Below are positions 42,564 through 52,445 of a stretch of 64,000 nucleotides of DNA, piece after piece. A model generated the notes under the pieces. That model made no database searches. It was given only the letters and a program-made list of their open reading frames with translations, and was not told where the DNA came from. The position numbers were made by a program, and so were the translations under genes. Within the stretch, counting starts at the first letter, position 1; each line of letters opens with the position of its first letter. Source of the stretch: an uncultured bacterium (GTDB lineage: Bacteria > JACRDZ01); contig CAYWFU010000006.1 in the NCBI GenBank assembly GCA_964457585.1, forward strand, positions 8,846 through 72,845, read 5' to 3'.

Positions 42564-44363
42564 CTATTTATTAACTTTTAAAATAGCCATAAAAGCTTCC
42601 TGTGGAATATTTACCACTCCAACTTGTTTCATTCGCTTTTTACCTTCTTTTTGTTTTTCAAGAAGCTTTCGTTTTCGTGTAATATCACCGCCATAACATT
42701 TTGCAAGAACATTTTTTCGTAAAGCTTTTATTGTTTCTCTGGCTATTACTCTTGAACCAATAGCCGCCTGCAATGCCACATCATACATCTGGCGCGGAAT
42801 AATTTCTGTTAATTTTGAAACGAGTTCTCTGGAATAAGTGTATGCTTTATCACGATGAATTATAAAAGAAAGAGCATCTACCTTATCTCCATTTATCAAT
42901 ATGTTAACTTTTACCATATGTGCAGGTTTATATCCGATTAATTCATAGTCAAGGGAAGCATAGCCCTGACTGAATGATTTTAATTTATCATAGAAATCAA
43001 GAACTATTTCTGATAAAGGCAATTCATAAGTAAGCATTGCATGCGCTTCATCTAAATATTCTATCCCTTTATATACTCCTCTGCGGTCCTGCGCTAACTG
43101 CATTATTGCCCCAATGTATTTACTCGGCAGCATAATAGTAGCTTTAATATAAGGCTCCTCAATTCGTTCAATACTGCCTTTTTCAGGAAATTTCACCGGA
43201 TTTTCAATTACTATTTTTTCTCCACCCTCCATATATATACAATAAATAACATTAGGTGCAGTAGTTAACAGGCTGAGATTGAATTCCCTTTCCAACCGTT
43301 CCTGAATAATTTCCATATGCAATAATCCTAGAAACCCACAGCGAAAGCCAAAACCCAGTGCTTCAGATGTTTCCGGTTCAAAAGAAAACGAAGCATCATT
43401 CAATTTAAGCTTTTCCAGCGCTTCCTTAAGAAGAGGATAATCTCCACTGTTAGTTGGATATAACCCTGCAAATACCATAGGAGTAATTTTTTTAAATCCC
43501 GGGAACTGTTCATGTGTGGGATTATTCGCTTCAGTTATAGTATCTCCCATTGATATCATATTAATATTTTTAATACCGGCAATTATATATCCTACTTCAC
43601 CAACCGAAAGTTTATCTATTGGTCTTCTTTCTAAAGTAAGAGTTCCTACTTCATCAATAACATTGATTTCTCCATTGGACATGAATTTTATATTCATTCC
43701 ATGTGTGATGCTTCCATCAATAATACGAACATATATAATTACACCGCGATATATATCGTATAGGGAATCAAATATAATTGCTTTAAGCGGTTTATTTAAA
43801 CTGCCTTCTGGTGAAGGAATTCTATTCACTATTGCTTCAAGAATGTCCTCTGTTCCTATCCCTTGTTTAGCACTGGTTAAAATTATATCTTCTTTTTCCA
43901 ATCCCAGAACTGAAATAATTTGATTTGTTGTTCCCTCCACATCAGCATTGGGCAAGTCAATTTTATTTATTACCGGAATAATTTTTAAATCCTGTTCAAA
44001 CGCTAAAAATGCATTTGCAAGTGTCTGCGCTTCTATTCCCTGAGAAGCGTCCACAACAAGTATTGCTCCTTCACATGCTGCAATACTGCGCGATACTTCA
44101 TAACTGAAATCCACATGACCAGGTGTATCTATTAGATTAATAATATAACTATTTCCATTCTTAGCTTCATAATTCATACGCACTGCCTGTGCTTTGATGG
44201 TAATACCGCGTTCACGTTCTAAATCCATACTGTCAAGTACCTGATCACGCATTTTACGTTCTGATATTGTATTAGTAAACTGTAATAATCTGTCAGCTAA
44301 TGTAGATTTGCCGTGATCAATATGTGCAATAATACAAAAATTGCGAATATTTTTATGATTCAT
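42564..44363 (-). CDS. lepA: Translation elongation factor 4
   Basis: [39 protein letters not shown]. Confidence 0.98.
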   Translation of the reverse strand: MNHKNIRNFCIIAHIDHGKSTLADRLLQFTNTISERKMRDQVLDSMDLERERGITIKAQAVRMNYEAKNGNSYIINLIDTPGHVDFSYEVSRSIAACEGAILVVDASQGIEAQTLANAFLAFEQDLKIIPVINKIDLPNADVEGTTNQIISVLGLEKEDIILTSAKQGIGTEDILEAIVNRIPSPEGSLNKPLKAIIFDSLYDIYRGVIIYVRIIDGSITHGMNIKFMSNGEINVIDEVGTLTLERRPIDKLSVGEVGYIIAGIKNINMISMGDTITEANNPTHEQFPGFKKITPMVFAGLYPTNSGDYPLLKEALEKLKLNDASFSFEPETSEALGFGFRCGFLGLLHMEIIQERLEREFNLSLLTTAPNVIYCIYMEGGEKIVIENPVKFPEKGSIERIEEPYIKATIMLPSKYIGAIMQLAQDRRGVYKGIEYLDEAHAMLTYELPLSEIVLDFYDKLKSFSQGYASLDYELIGYKPAHMVKVNILINGDKVDALSFIIHRDKAYTYSRELVSKLTEIIPRQMYDVALQAAIGSRVIARETIKALRKNVLAKCYGGDITRKRKLLEKQKEGKKRMKQVGVVNIPQEAFMAILKVNK

Positions 44364-44388
44364 TTTTTATTCTTTCTGAATTAGGGGG

Positions 44389-45564
44389 TTAGATGTATCT
44401 AATATTTTTTATTTTTCCTTCATGTATATAAACTCGAGGAATGCGCGGTCCAATTTTACTTACTATTTCATAATTTATTGTTCCTATTTTTTCTGCTAAT
44501 TCATCAGCACTTATTTTTTCTTTCCCATCCTGTCCAATCAAAGTAACTATTTCTCCATTTTTAACTTGAGGGAAATCCGTAATATCTATCATAATACTGT
44601 CCATACATACAGTACCTGCAACCTTTACTCTTTTTCCATGCAGCAAAACTTCAGCCCTATTGGATAATAATCTGGAATATCCATCTGCATAACCAATTGG
44701 AACAGTTGCAATTATACTCGGACGATTAGTAATGAAAGTACGTCCATAACTTATTGAAGTCCCTTCTGGAACGTGTTTTATAAAAGCGATTTTTGCTTTA
44801 AGCTGCATTGCTGGCTCTAATTCAATAACATCTTTCGATTCACTATCCGGATATAGACCATAAATAGATAATCCTGGACGAACCAGATTAAAATGCGTAA
44901 AAGGATATTTTATCAAAGCAGCGCTGTTGGCTGCATGTATAAAGTTGAAGATTATACCTTTTTCTTTTGCTTTTTGCAAAACATTATTGAAAATATTAAA
45001 TTGTTTACGCGTAAAATTTTCAGATTGATCTGCTATAGCAAAATGCGTTAATATCCCTTCCGGGTTTAAATTTTTATAATTTTCGAATTCATTAAAAAAA
45101 TCTGAAAATTTTTCCGGGTCAAGTCCTACTCGTCCCATACCGGTATCAATCTTAATATGAACCGGTAAAATTTTTTTCTGTTTTATACTTTCTTTATTTA
45201 GATATTGTGCTAATTCTTTTGTATAAACAAATGGGGTAAGATCATTTTTTACAATTTCTTTTACATCATCAGATAAAACTGCATTTGTAATAAAAATTCT
45301 GCTTTTTATTCCTGTTTTACGCAATACTATTGCTTCATAACATGATGCTGTTCCTAAAAAATCTGCTCCGTTCTTTAAAACAATATCTGCTATTTCTTGT
45401 GCTCCATGTCCATAAGCGTTGGCTTTTACAACAGCCATAATTTTTACATTATCACCGGTTATTTCTTTAAGCTTTTTTATATTATGTGATACATTATCAA
45501 GATTTATTTCTACCCATGTATTATAATTATTCATTATCATTTTATCCATTTTATACAAAATCAT
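44389..45564 (-). CDS. alr: Alanine racemase
   Basis: AVVKANAYGHG, KIDTGMGR, IGYADG, TINYEI. Confidence 0.97.
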   Translation of the reverse strand: MILYKMDKMIMNNYNTWVEINLDNVSHNIKKLKEITGDNVKIMAVVKANAYGHGAQEIADIVLKNGADFLGTASCYEAIVLRKTGIKSRIFITNAVLSDDVKEIVKNDLTPFVYTKELAQYLNKESIKQKKILPVHIKIDTGMGRVGLDPEKFSDFFNEFENYKNLNPEGILTHFAIADQSENFTRKQFNIFNNVLQKAKEKGIIFNFIHAANSAALIKYPFTHFNLVRPGLSIYGLYPDSESKDVIELEPAMQLKAKIAFIKHVPEGTSISYGRTFITNRPSIIATVPIGYADGYSRLLSNRAEVLLHGKRVKVAGTVCMDSIMIDITDFPQVKNGEIVTLIGQDGKEKISADELAEKIGTINYEIVSKIGPRIPRVYIHEGKIKNIRYI

Positions 45565-45599
45565 ATGCTAAAAAACACAAGGATTAAGATTCCAATTGT

Positions 45600-45995
45600 T
45601 TAAGGATTATTTCTTTTAACAATATATTTAACATTTTTTAGATTTTTAAAATGTTCGTCCTGCGTCCATAAAGTCGCATTATATTTTAAAGTAATTGCAT
45701 AAATTATACTATCTGCCATAGGAATTTTATAATTATAACTTATTTTTGCGGCTTGTAAAGAAATAGAATCGTCAATATTTTCTATTTGATATTTTCGTAA
45801 TTGAGCTATTGTTTGAATTGCAGTATCTTCGTTTACTTCTATAAGGATTTTTTTAAACATTTCATAAATAATAATAACAGGAACTATTATTTCCCATTTC
45901 TTATCATATATAATTTTCGCAAAAATATCTGCATTTGGACCATCAGCAAAATATTCCAACCAGCAGTTTGTATCAATAATTATAATATTATTCAT
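45600..45995 (-). CDS. VapC PIN-domain toxin
   Basis: IDTNCWLEYF, E..K, ADSIIYA, TQDEHF. Confidence 0.88.
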   Translation of the reverse strand: MNNIIIIDTNCWLEYFADGPNADIFAKIIYDKKWEIIVPVIIIYEMFKKILIEVNEDTAIQTIAQLRKYQIENIDDSISLQAAKISYNYKIPMADSIIYAITLKYNATLWTQDEHFKNLKNVKYIVKRNNP

Positions 45996-46198
45996 AATCT
46001 GTCATCTTCCCTTATAATTTTAGTATCCATCCCTTTTAAAAATCCACGCATTGATTTTATATCTTTCTCTTTAACTATTTCAATTCTTCCTTCATAAGGT
46101 AAAACAACAACTTCTTCCCCTGATTTAAAATTATATTTTTTGCGTATTTCTTTAGGAATTACTATCTGATATTTTGGTGATATTTTTGTAGTTGTCAT
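45992..46198 (-). CDS. AbrB/MazE-fold antitoxin
   Basis: KISPKYQIVIPKEIR; 4-nt overlap with vapC. Confidence 0.88.
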   Translation of the reverse strand: MTTTKISPKYQIVIPKEIRKKYNFKSGEEVVVLPYEGRIEIVKEKDIKSMRGFLKGMDTKIIREDDRL

Positions 46199-46233
46199 CT
46201 CTCTTCTCCTTTCGATAATATAATTGTACTACA

Positions 46234-46262
46234 AATGTATCATCGATACAAATATTTGTCAA
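46234..46262 (-). promoter_or_regulatory. Promoter of the abrB-vapC operon with an overlapping palindromic operator
   Basis: Minus strand TTGACA-17 nt-TACATT; overlapping imperfect palindrome tgtatcgatgataca. Confidence 0.65.
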
Positions 46263-46312
46263 TTTTCAAGAAATATGCTCGGTAACGCCTCAGTTATTGG
46301 TGGCACACGTAA

Positions 46313-46381
46313 AAGTCACCAGTCACCAGTAAAAAGATTTCAGCACCTTTAACTAGTGACTGGTGACCTGAAAACTGGTGA
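46313..46381. repeat. Inverted heptamer repeat (caccagt / actggtg)
   Basis: gtcaccagtcaccagt ... actagtgactggtgacctgaaaactggtga; a related run lies at 9108-9134. Confidence 0.6.
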
Positions 46382-46407
46382 TATAAATGTATAAATCAAT
46401 CAACAAA

Positions 46408-46971
46408 TCATTTAAAAATTCCTCTCATAACTGAGGGATTACTATGCTCACTCACCCAGTTTTTAACTTCCTGAAATCTATAATTTTCAAAAATTCCAAA
46501 TTTATCATTTTTTGTCAGCCGGTTTTTTGTGAATATAGGGGAATTTATTCCGCATAAATATTTTGTTATTGCCACATCTGACATTTTTTTCCTTTCAACT
46601 GAAATCATTAATATTTTTAATTTTCCGGATTTTGCTTCTAATAATACTTTATTATACTCTTCTCTATTAAGCGTGGAATCAAGTCTGGCACTGGATATGT
46701 TTCTGCTTCTAAGATAATCAAGCTGGTCTTTCATTAAAGAAAGTAGCGGTGAGATTACTAAAGTTATTCCAGGTAAAAGTAATGCTGGTAATTGGTAACA
46801 CAAGGATTTTCCACCACCAGTAATAAATATCGCTGCTGTTGACTCGCCCTGTAATAATCGCTCAATGACATCTTTTTGTCCTTGAATAAATTTAGTATAA
46901 CCAAAATATGTGGATAAATATTTTTCGAGGTTGATATTTGATAAAATCATTTCAATATTTTTCCATCCCAC
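46408..46971 (-). pseudogene. recQ: RecQ-family helicase with a large internal in-frame deletion
   Basis: N-terminal TGGGKSLCYQLPA...SPLLSLMKDQ joined after ISVER directly to the extreme C-terminal YLCGI.SP..TK..FG motif; DExH and later motifs are missing. Confidence 0.8.
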
Positions 46972-48106
46972 AGATCAAAAAGAAATTTGCGCCATGGTAT
47001 TATTTCAATCTTTCCATGTATTCTTTTTTCTTTCTCATTGCAAACAACAATGCTTCTTTTTGGAGAAGCATCCTCCATAAAAGCCCACAAACCATTTAAA
47101 TCCCTTGAGTCAATATGATTTGCGCTTTTTACTTCTATAGCTAATTCTCCATCGCCGATAATGTAATCTACTTCAAGTCCTGATTTTGTTCTCCAAAAAT
47201 TTATTCGGAAATCATTGCCGGTATAAGATCTATATGCTACAAACTCCATTAATATAAAATGCTCAAATGCTTTTCCAAACTCTGCGCCCTTTTCTTCTAT
47301 TAGATATCTTTTAGTTATATATCCTGCAACACCTACATCAAAAAGGTAATATTTTGCAGCTTTTGTTATAACCTGCCGTGATTGTCTTTTTTTGAAAGGT
47401 TCTATTCTTATTGCTAGAAGGGTATCTACTAAGATTTGATAATATTCTTTAACTGTTTTTGAATCCACTCCACAGTCACGGGCGATATCAGCATAATTAG
47501 TAAGTTCACCATGCGAATAACCGAATGCATCAAAAAACCTTGAAAAAGCAGGAATATTGCGTGTCAGCCCTTCAGCAAAAACCTCTTCTTTTAAATAATC
47601 CTGTACATAAGATGCTAAAGATTTCTTTACATTTTCGCTGCTTTGCAAATAATGCAAAGGTATTAAGCCATGGTTCAATGCGCGAAGCAGGTTAAAATCT
47701 TGGATTTCTGCTGTAACAAGCGGAAACATTTCATAACGCCAGGCTCTCCCGCCTAAAAGATTAGCATGTCCTCGTTTTAATTTTCTTACGCTTGATCCGC
47801 AAAGAATAAACTTTAATCCTTTATTTTCTATTAACCAATGTACTTCATCAAGCACCTGATGAACTTTCTGAACTTCGTCAAGTATTATTGGAGCTTTGAG
47901 TTCAGTTTTATCTTTTGCCAGAAGCATTTCTCGCAAATAAGCAGGATTTTTCGAAACTTCAATAAACAAATCGGTTTTAAGAAAATCAAATACAATGCTG
48001 TCAGGAAAATGGTTTTTTAAATAAGTGGTCTTGCCTGTCTTCCTTGCGCCCCAGAGGAATGCAGATTGTTTAGCAGGTAATTCAATATTCGTTTTATATT
48101 ATCCAT
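46947..48106 (-). pseudogene. AAA+ ATPase (AAA_14/DUF4143-type) with a frameshift near the 5' end
   Basis: Walker A GARKTGKT lies upstream of the ORF-track start in the same frame, which is closed by TAA; the ATG at 48106 is in another frame; DEVQK and WRTKSGLEVD motifs. Confidence 0.7.
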
Positions 48107-48386
48107 ATGGAATGTCCTACATTTTAGTACGACTAAAATGGAATATAATCCATTTTGTTATAAATGTCAATAAAATTCATTTACAGATTTCACTTCTTAC
48201 TTCATATTTAACAGCCATTTTCTAAACTTCTTGATTTTATTTATATTAACAATACTTTTTCTTTATGTCAATGTTACTGATGAGAATATTTAGTGTGAAA
48301 AACATAAATAAATTTCACCCATAGTAATTATACTATAATAATTAGTTCTATTATAAATTTTATCAATACAATACTGACAAAATCAC

Positions 48387-48427
48387 TTGACATGATAATG
48401 TGACTATGGTATTATAACTATAGTCAT
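48387..48427 (+). promoter_or_regulatory. Promoter and operator of the phd-vapC operon
   Basis: TTGACA-17 nt-TATTAT; inverted repeat tgactat...atagtca spanning the -10. Confidence 0.7.
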
Positions 48428-48447
48428 AAATAAAAGGAAACATAAAA

Positions 48448-48675
48448 ATGAAAATTGCAGCAGGAGAATTTAAAACAAAATGTCTTAAATTAATGGATCA
48501 TGTCCAAAAATATCATGAAGAGATTGTCATTACAAAATTTGGGAAATCTGTTGCAAAATTAAGCCCCATTGCAGAGGAGACACCAAAATCTTTATTTGGT
48601 TTTATGAAAGATTCTCTTGTTATAAAAGAAGATATCGTAAAATCAATTGGTGAGAAATGGAATGCCGATGAATGA
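48448..48675 (+). CDS. Phd/YefM-family antitoxin
   Basis: IAAGEFKTKCLKLMD.V....EEIVITKFGKSVAKL. Confidence 0.9.
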   Translation: MKIAAGEFKTKCLKLMDHVQKYHEEIVITKFGKSVAKLSPIAEETPKSLFGFMKDSLVIKEDIVKSIGEKWNADE

Positions 48676-49096
48676 CTTCAAAGAACCAATAGTTTTAGAT
48701 ACACATGTTTGGATATGGTTATTGACAGGTGATAAACAAATAGAAAATTCTAAATGTTTGTCTTATATTGAAAATGCGGTTAAATACTCAAATATTAAAA
48801 TATCAGCTATTTCAGTTTGGGAAATAGGTATGCTTGAAACTAAAGGAAGAATTAAATTCCCAGTTGATTGTTTAGATTGGGTCAATAAAGCGTTAAATGC
48901 ACCGGGCATATCTTTAGAACCGCTTACCCCGGAAATTGCCATTGAAAGCAGCCGTTTGCCTGGAAAATTCCATGGCGATCCGGCGGACAGAATAATTGCC
49001 GCCACTACCAGAAAATTAGGAGCAGTCTTAATAACCCGCGATAAAAATATCATTTCTTATGGAAAACAAAATCTTTTGAAAGTGATACCTGCTTAG
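48659..49096 (+). CDS. VapC PIN-domain toxin
   Basis: LDTHVWIW, SAISVWEIGML, HGDPADRIIAAT, LITRD. Exact start is uncertain (ORF track gives 48647). Confidence 0.85.
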   Translation, partial: GMPMNDFKEPIVLDTHVWIWLLTGDKQIENSKCLSYIENAVKYSNIKISAISVWEIGMLETKGRIKFPVDCLDWVNKALNAPGISLEPLTPEIAIESSRLPGKFHGDPADRIIAATTRKLGAVLITRDKNIISYGKQNLLKVIPA

Positions 49097-49144
49097 AGGC
49101 TGTTAAATAACGAGGTAACCTCAAACGGAACCGAAAGGGAAATA

Positions 49145-50776
49145 ATGCGAATCAGTTCAAAAATACCATTTTTTTTACCGCTGACATTGTTTTTTCTAAG
49201 CGGAATAGTGGGCGTCTGGTCTTCTTACAGCCCGGGAAATAGCCTGGTTAAATTTCTGCTCATTACTTCCGGTATACTTTTGTATGCTGCTACCGTCGTG
49301 TTGCGTGGCGAAAACCATTTACTTACCATGTTGACCTGGATATTTTTGACTGCCTCTGCTTTGCTTGCTCTCTATTTTACTACACAGTATAATTTTCCAA
49401 TTCACCCGTCCAAGTTTAATGTACTCAATCAGTTTGGTGTCCAGCTCCGCAGACTATTACCGCAGTTGCAATTGTTCAATCTCGAACGCGATGTTGTTGT
49501 TGGCATACTGGAAATAGCTTTACCTCTCAACATTGCAGCAATTATTGATGTTTGGACTCACAAGCACCGTATTTCTATTTCATTAACGATTACTTTGTTA
49601 ATTATATTGTTTGGCTTGTTAATGACCAGTTCGATGCGTTCTTTAATTGCCTTAGTCACAGTTGCCTCAATTGCTTTAGCAGCATATTTAGTGATAAAAT
49701 TTCGTGAACGCATAGCGATTTGGGTTTTAGTTGCTGTTATTCTGGCAGCTGGTATTCTTGTATTTATCTTATTGAACTTCAGTAATTTAAGCTCTGCGCA
49801 GATCAGCGGGCGCATTGATTCGCAGATAGATCTGAATCTGCGTACGTGGCAATTGATACAATCATACTTTTTTACCGGCAGCGGTCTTGACGTTTTTTCA
49901 ATGGTTTTATCCTCATACAATCTTTTGATCCATGTACCATTTGCCGCTCACGCGGAAAACACTTTTTTGCAGATTTGGATCGAGCAGGGACTGTTGGGAT
50001 TTATTGCCTTTATTTGGTTCGTTTGCGCATTCTATGTTTGGGTATGGAATCACCGTAATCACTTGAATGAATTGGCAATCGGCGCTTTAGCGGCGACTAC
50101 AACAATGCTTTTTCATGACATGATTGATGTCCGCTTGTATTCGACAATTGCTTTACCGTTGATGTTTTTACCAATTGGATTAACTGTGGCATCGACCGAA
50201 AATTTGCCGGTACAGACATTATCTAAAATCTGGAACCGGCAGCGTATAATCGGAGCGTTTATAATTATCTTATCAGGCTTGGTATTAGGATGGAATCTGA
50301 TTATATCAGCATGGTATACGAATCTTGGCAGTGTTTCTCAAACACGCCTAGAACTTTCACAATACAAATTCCCGTATCAATTAGCCGAATATACCAGGCG
50401 CGAGGCGGATTACTCTAAGATCGAATTATATTTCCGTCAGGCATTAGCTGTGGATCCTTGTAATATTCCTGCTAATCAGCGACTGGCAATGCTTGCGCTG
50501 GAGCGTGAAGAGTACGTAAGCGCCATCAAATTACTGAAAAAGGCTTACGCACGTAATTCATCAGATCCTGTAACACTGCAATTGCTTGGGGCAACATACC
50601 TTGGCAGAGGATGTTTTGATGAAGCTTACACATTTTGGTCCCGCCTGCCTGATGCACCTAAAAAGCTGGAATTGGAAGCGTGGATAAGATACGGAACACG
50701 CGGTGATAATGAGCGTGCATATCAAGCTCGAAAATTGGCAATAAAAATTATGGGTGAACGAAGATTAAATAAATAA
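49145..50776 (+). CDS. O-antigen ligase (Wzy_C)-like membrane protein with C-terminal TPR-like repeats
   Basis: Many TM helices; FTGSGLDVF..., HAENTFLQIWIEQGLLG; helical C-terminus; visibly higher GC than its flanks. Confidence 0.75.
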   Translation: MRISSKIPFFLPLTLFFLSGIVGVWSSYSPGNSLVKFLLITSGILLYAATVVLRGENHLLTMLTWIFLTASALLALYFTTQYNFPIHPSKFNVLNQFGVQLRRLLPQLQLFNLERDVVVGILEIALPLNIAAIIDVWTHKHRISISLTITLLIILFGLLMTSSMRSLIALVTVASIALAAYLVIKFRERIAIWVLVAVILAAGILVFILLNFSNLSSAQISGRIDSQIDLNLRTWQLIQSYFFTGSGLDVFSMVLSSYNLLIHVPFAAHAENTFLQIWIEQGLLGFIAFIWFVCAFYVWVWNHRNHLNELAIGALAATTTMLFHDMIDVRLYSTIALPLMFLPIGLTVASTENLPVQTLSKIWNRQRIIGAFIIILSGLVLGWNLIISAWYTNLGSVSQTRLELSQYKFPYQLAEYTRREADYSKIELYFRQALAVDPCNIPANQRLAMLALEREEYVSAIKLLKKAYARNSSDPVTLQLLGATYLGRGCFDEAYTFWSRLPDAPKKLELEAWIRYGTRGDNERAYQARKLAIKIMGERRLNK

Positions 50777-50801
50777 GGTCTGACATAAATGCCAGACCTT
50801 A

Positions 50802-50958
50802 GGCAGTGAGCAAAAATAACTTCCACATCTTGCTTGTCTTTTGCTCCGTCTTCTACGTTGTGCTAAAGGTTACATAGCGTTGCTATGCGCCCTTTAGCAC
50901 GCCTTGAAGACGAAACAAAATCCTGCGCAATATGTAAAAGTTATTTTTGCTCACTGCC
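50802..50958. mobile_element. 157-bp MITE-like palindromic element with a TTA target duplication
   Basis: TIR ggcagtgagcaaaaataactt / aagttatttttgctcactgcc, flanked by tta on both sides. Confidence 0.75.
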
Positions 50959-50975
50959 TTAATATTTGTTTTTGA

Positions 50976-51176
50976 TTATTGCTTTACTACGTTTGTAGCC
51001 TGTTTGCCTTTTTGTCCTTGTGTTACATCAAATGTAACAGTTTGACCTTCAGCTAAAGTCTTAAAGCCTTCTCCTTGAATCGAGCTATGATGTACGAATA
51101 CATCTTCTCCAGATTCACAAGAAATAAATCCAAAACCTTTTGAGTCATTAAACCATTTTACTTTTCCAGTTTCCAT
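50976..51176 (-). CDS. Cold-shock protein (CspA family)
   Basis: [22 protein letters not shown]. Confidence 0.97.
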   Translation of the reverse strand: METGKVKWFNDSKGFGFISCESGEDVFVHHSSIQGEGFKTLAEGQTVTFDVTQGQKGKQATNVVKQ

Positions 51177-51223
51177 TATAAATTACCTCCTTTTTTCAAA
51201 ACGGTAGTAAATATTTCAAATAT

Positions 51224-51265
51224 AAAAAAAAATCCGTAAGGCAAATTTGATTTTACCTTACGGAT
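51224..51265 (-). terminator. Terminator-like hairpin in the csp 5' leader
   Basis: Minus strand atccgtaagg...ccttacggat followed by a T-run, ~45 nt before the start codon. Confidence 0.5.
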
Positions 51266-51389
51266 AAAGTCTAAAATTTACTGTTTTACAGCTCTTATAC
51301 TATATTACTTACTACTTTTATAATTTAATAATTATACACTACTATTTTAGTTTGTCAAGATAAAAATGTATTTTACCATAAATATATTC

Positions 51390-51417
51390 TTGACATGTAG
51401 CCCATATGTGCTATATT
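51390..51417 (+). promoter_or_regulatory. Promoter of the relB/dinJ-type operon
   Basis: TTGACA-16 nt-TATATT with an extended TG. Confidence 0.55.
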
Positions 51418-51450
51418 ATTTATTGGATATATTTTTTGGGAGATATAATT

Positions 51451-51663
51451 ATGATTAAAACTGCAACTGTAAGAGCAAGAATAGAACCGAATTTAAAAAG
51501 TGAAGTTGAAAAATTATTTGATAAGTTAGGAATATCAACAACTGAAGCTATTAACATTTTTTATCGTCAAGTAAAAATCAGAAACGGATTACCATTTCCA
51601 GTAGTTATCCCAAATAAAACCACTAAAAAAGTTCTTGAAGAGACTGATAAGGAATCTAATTAA
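51451..51663 (+). CDS. RelB/DinJ-family antitoxin (C-terminally shortened)
   Basis: KTATVRARIEP.LK..V..LF..LG.STTEAINIFY; GGAG RBS before the ATG at 51451. Confidence 0.85.
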   Translation: MIKTATVRARIEPNLKSEVEKLFDKLGISTTEAINIFYRQVKIRNGLPFPVVIPNKTTKKVLEETDKESN

Positions 51664-51826
51664 TGAAATTCCTCTTAAAGAATTACATCACGACCATAAA
51701 CTCATTGGTAATTTCAAAGGGCGTCGCTAATGCCATATTGAACCGAATTGGTTATTAATATATAAACTCATAAATGATGAAATTATTTTTGAAAGAACAG
51801 GATATCATTCAGAATTGTCATTGTAA
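51662..51826 (+). pseudogene. yafQ: YafQ-family toxin remnant
   Basis: Translates ...DHKLIGNFKGRR*CHIEPNWLLIYK...FERTGYHSEL; in-frame TAA at 51728-51730; N-terminus missing. Confidence 0.85.
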
Positions 51827-51847
51827 TTAAAAGAGGAAAGAAAAGAT

Positions 51848-52372
51848 ATGTTAAAAAATGATATCGATAAAGAGGTAGAAGTCCGGACAGGAATAAATGT
51901 CTTCACCTGTTATCAATGCGGGAAGTGTTCTGCAGGATGTGTTTTTGCTCAATTTATGGATGCTCCTCCTCATTTACTCATGCGTTATTTGCAATTGAAT
52001 CTAAAAGAAAAAATTTTTTCATCCAATACTGTCTGGAGATGCGGAGCATGTATTACCTGTTCAGTAAGATGTCCTCGAAAAATAGATGTTCTTGCAGTTA
52101 TAAATACTGTAAGAACATTGATCACAGAGGAAAAAATATTTCCTCATGAAGAGGATGTGCATTTATTTGATGAAATTTTTTTAGATAATATTGCTAAAAA
52201 TGACAGACTCCATGAATTTGGGGCTGTATTTGATTTTAATCTTAAAAGCGGAAAATATTTTAAAGATATATCTCTTTTCCCAATTTTAATTGAAAAAGGA
52301 AAATTATCTTCTAAAAGTGAAAAAGGGCGTACTCAGAAAATTGCAGATGTAATAAATAAAATTAGGGATTAG
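51848..52372 (+). CDS. hdrC: Heterodisulfide reductase subunit C-like
   Basis: CYQCGKCSAGC and CGACITCSVRCP 4Fe-4S motifs. Confidence 0.88.
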   Translation: MLKNDIDKEVEVRTGINVFTCYQCGKCSAGCVFAQFMDAPPHLLMRYLQLNLKEKIFSSNTVWRCGACITCSVRCPRKIDVLAVINTVRTLITEEKIFPHEEDVHLFDEIFLDNIAKNDRLHEFGAVFDFNLKSGKYFKDISLFPILIEKGKLSSKSEKGRTQKIADVINKIRD

Positions 52373-52445
52373 GAAGTATAATGCAGTAAGTTAGTATTCT
52401 TATAAACTCTGACTCTTTGACTCGATTTTTTATAAAGGATTAATT

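Noticed and set aside
49096-49112. gaggctgttaaataa as an IS terminal repeat
   Set aside because: No matching inverted partner or transposase found.
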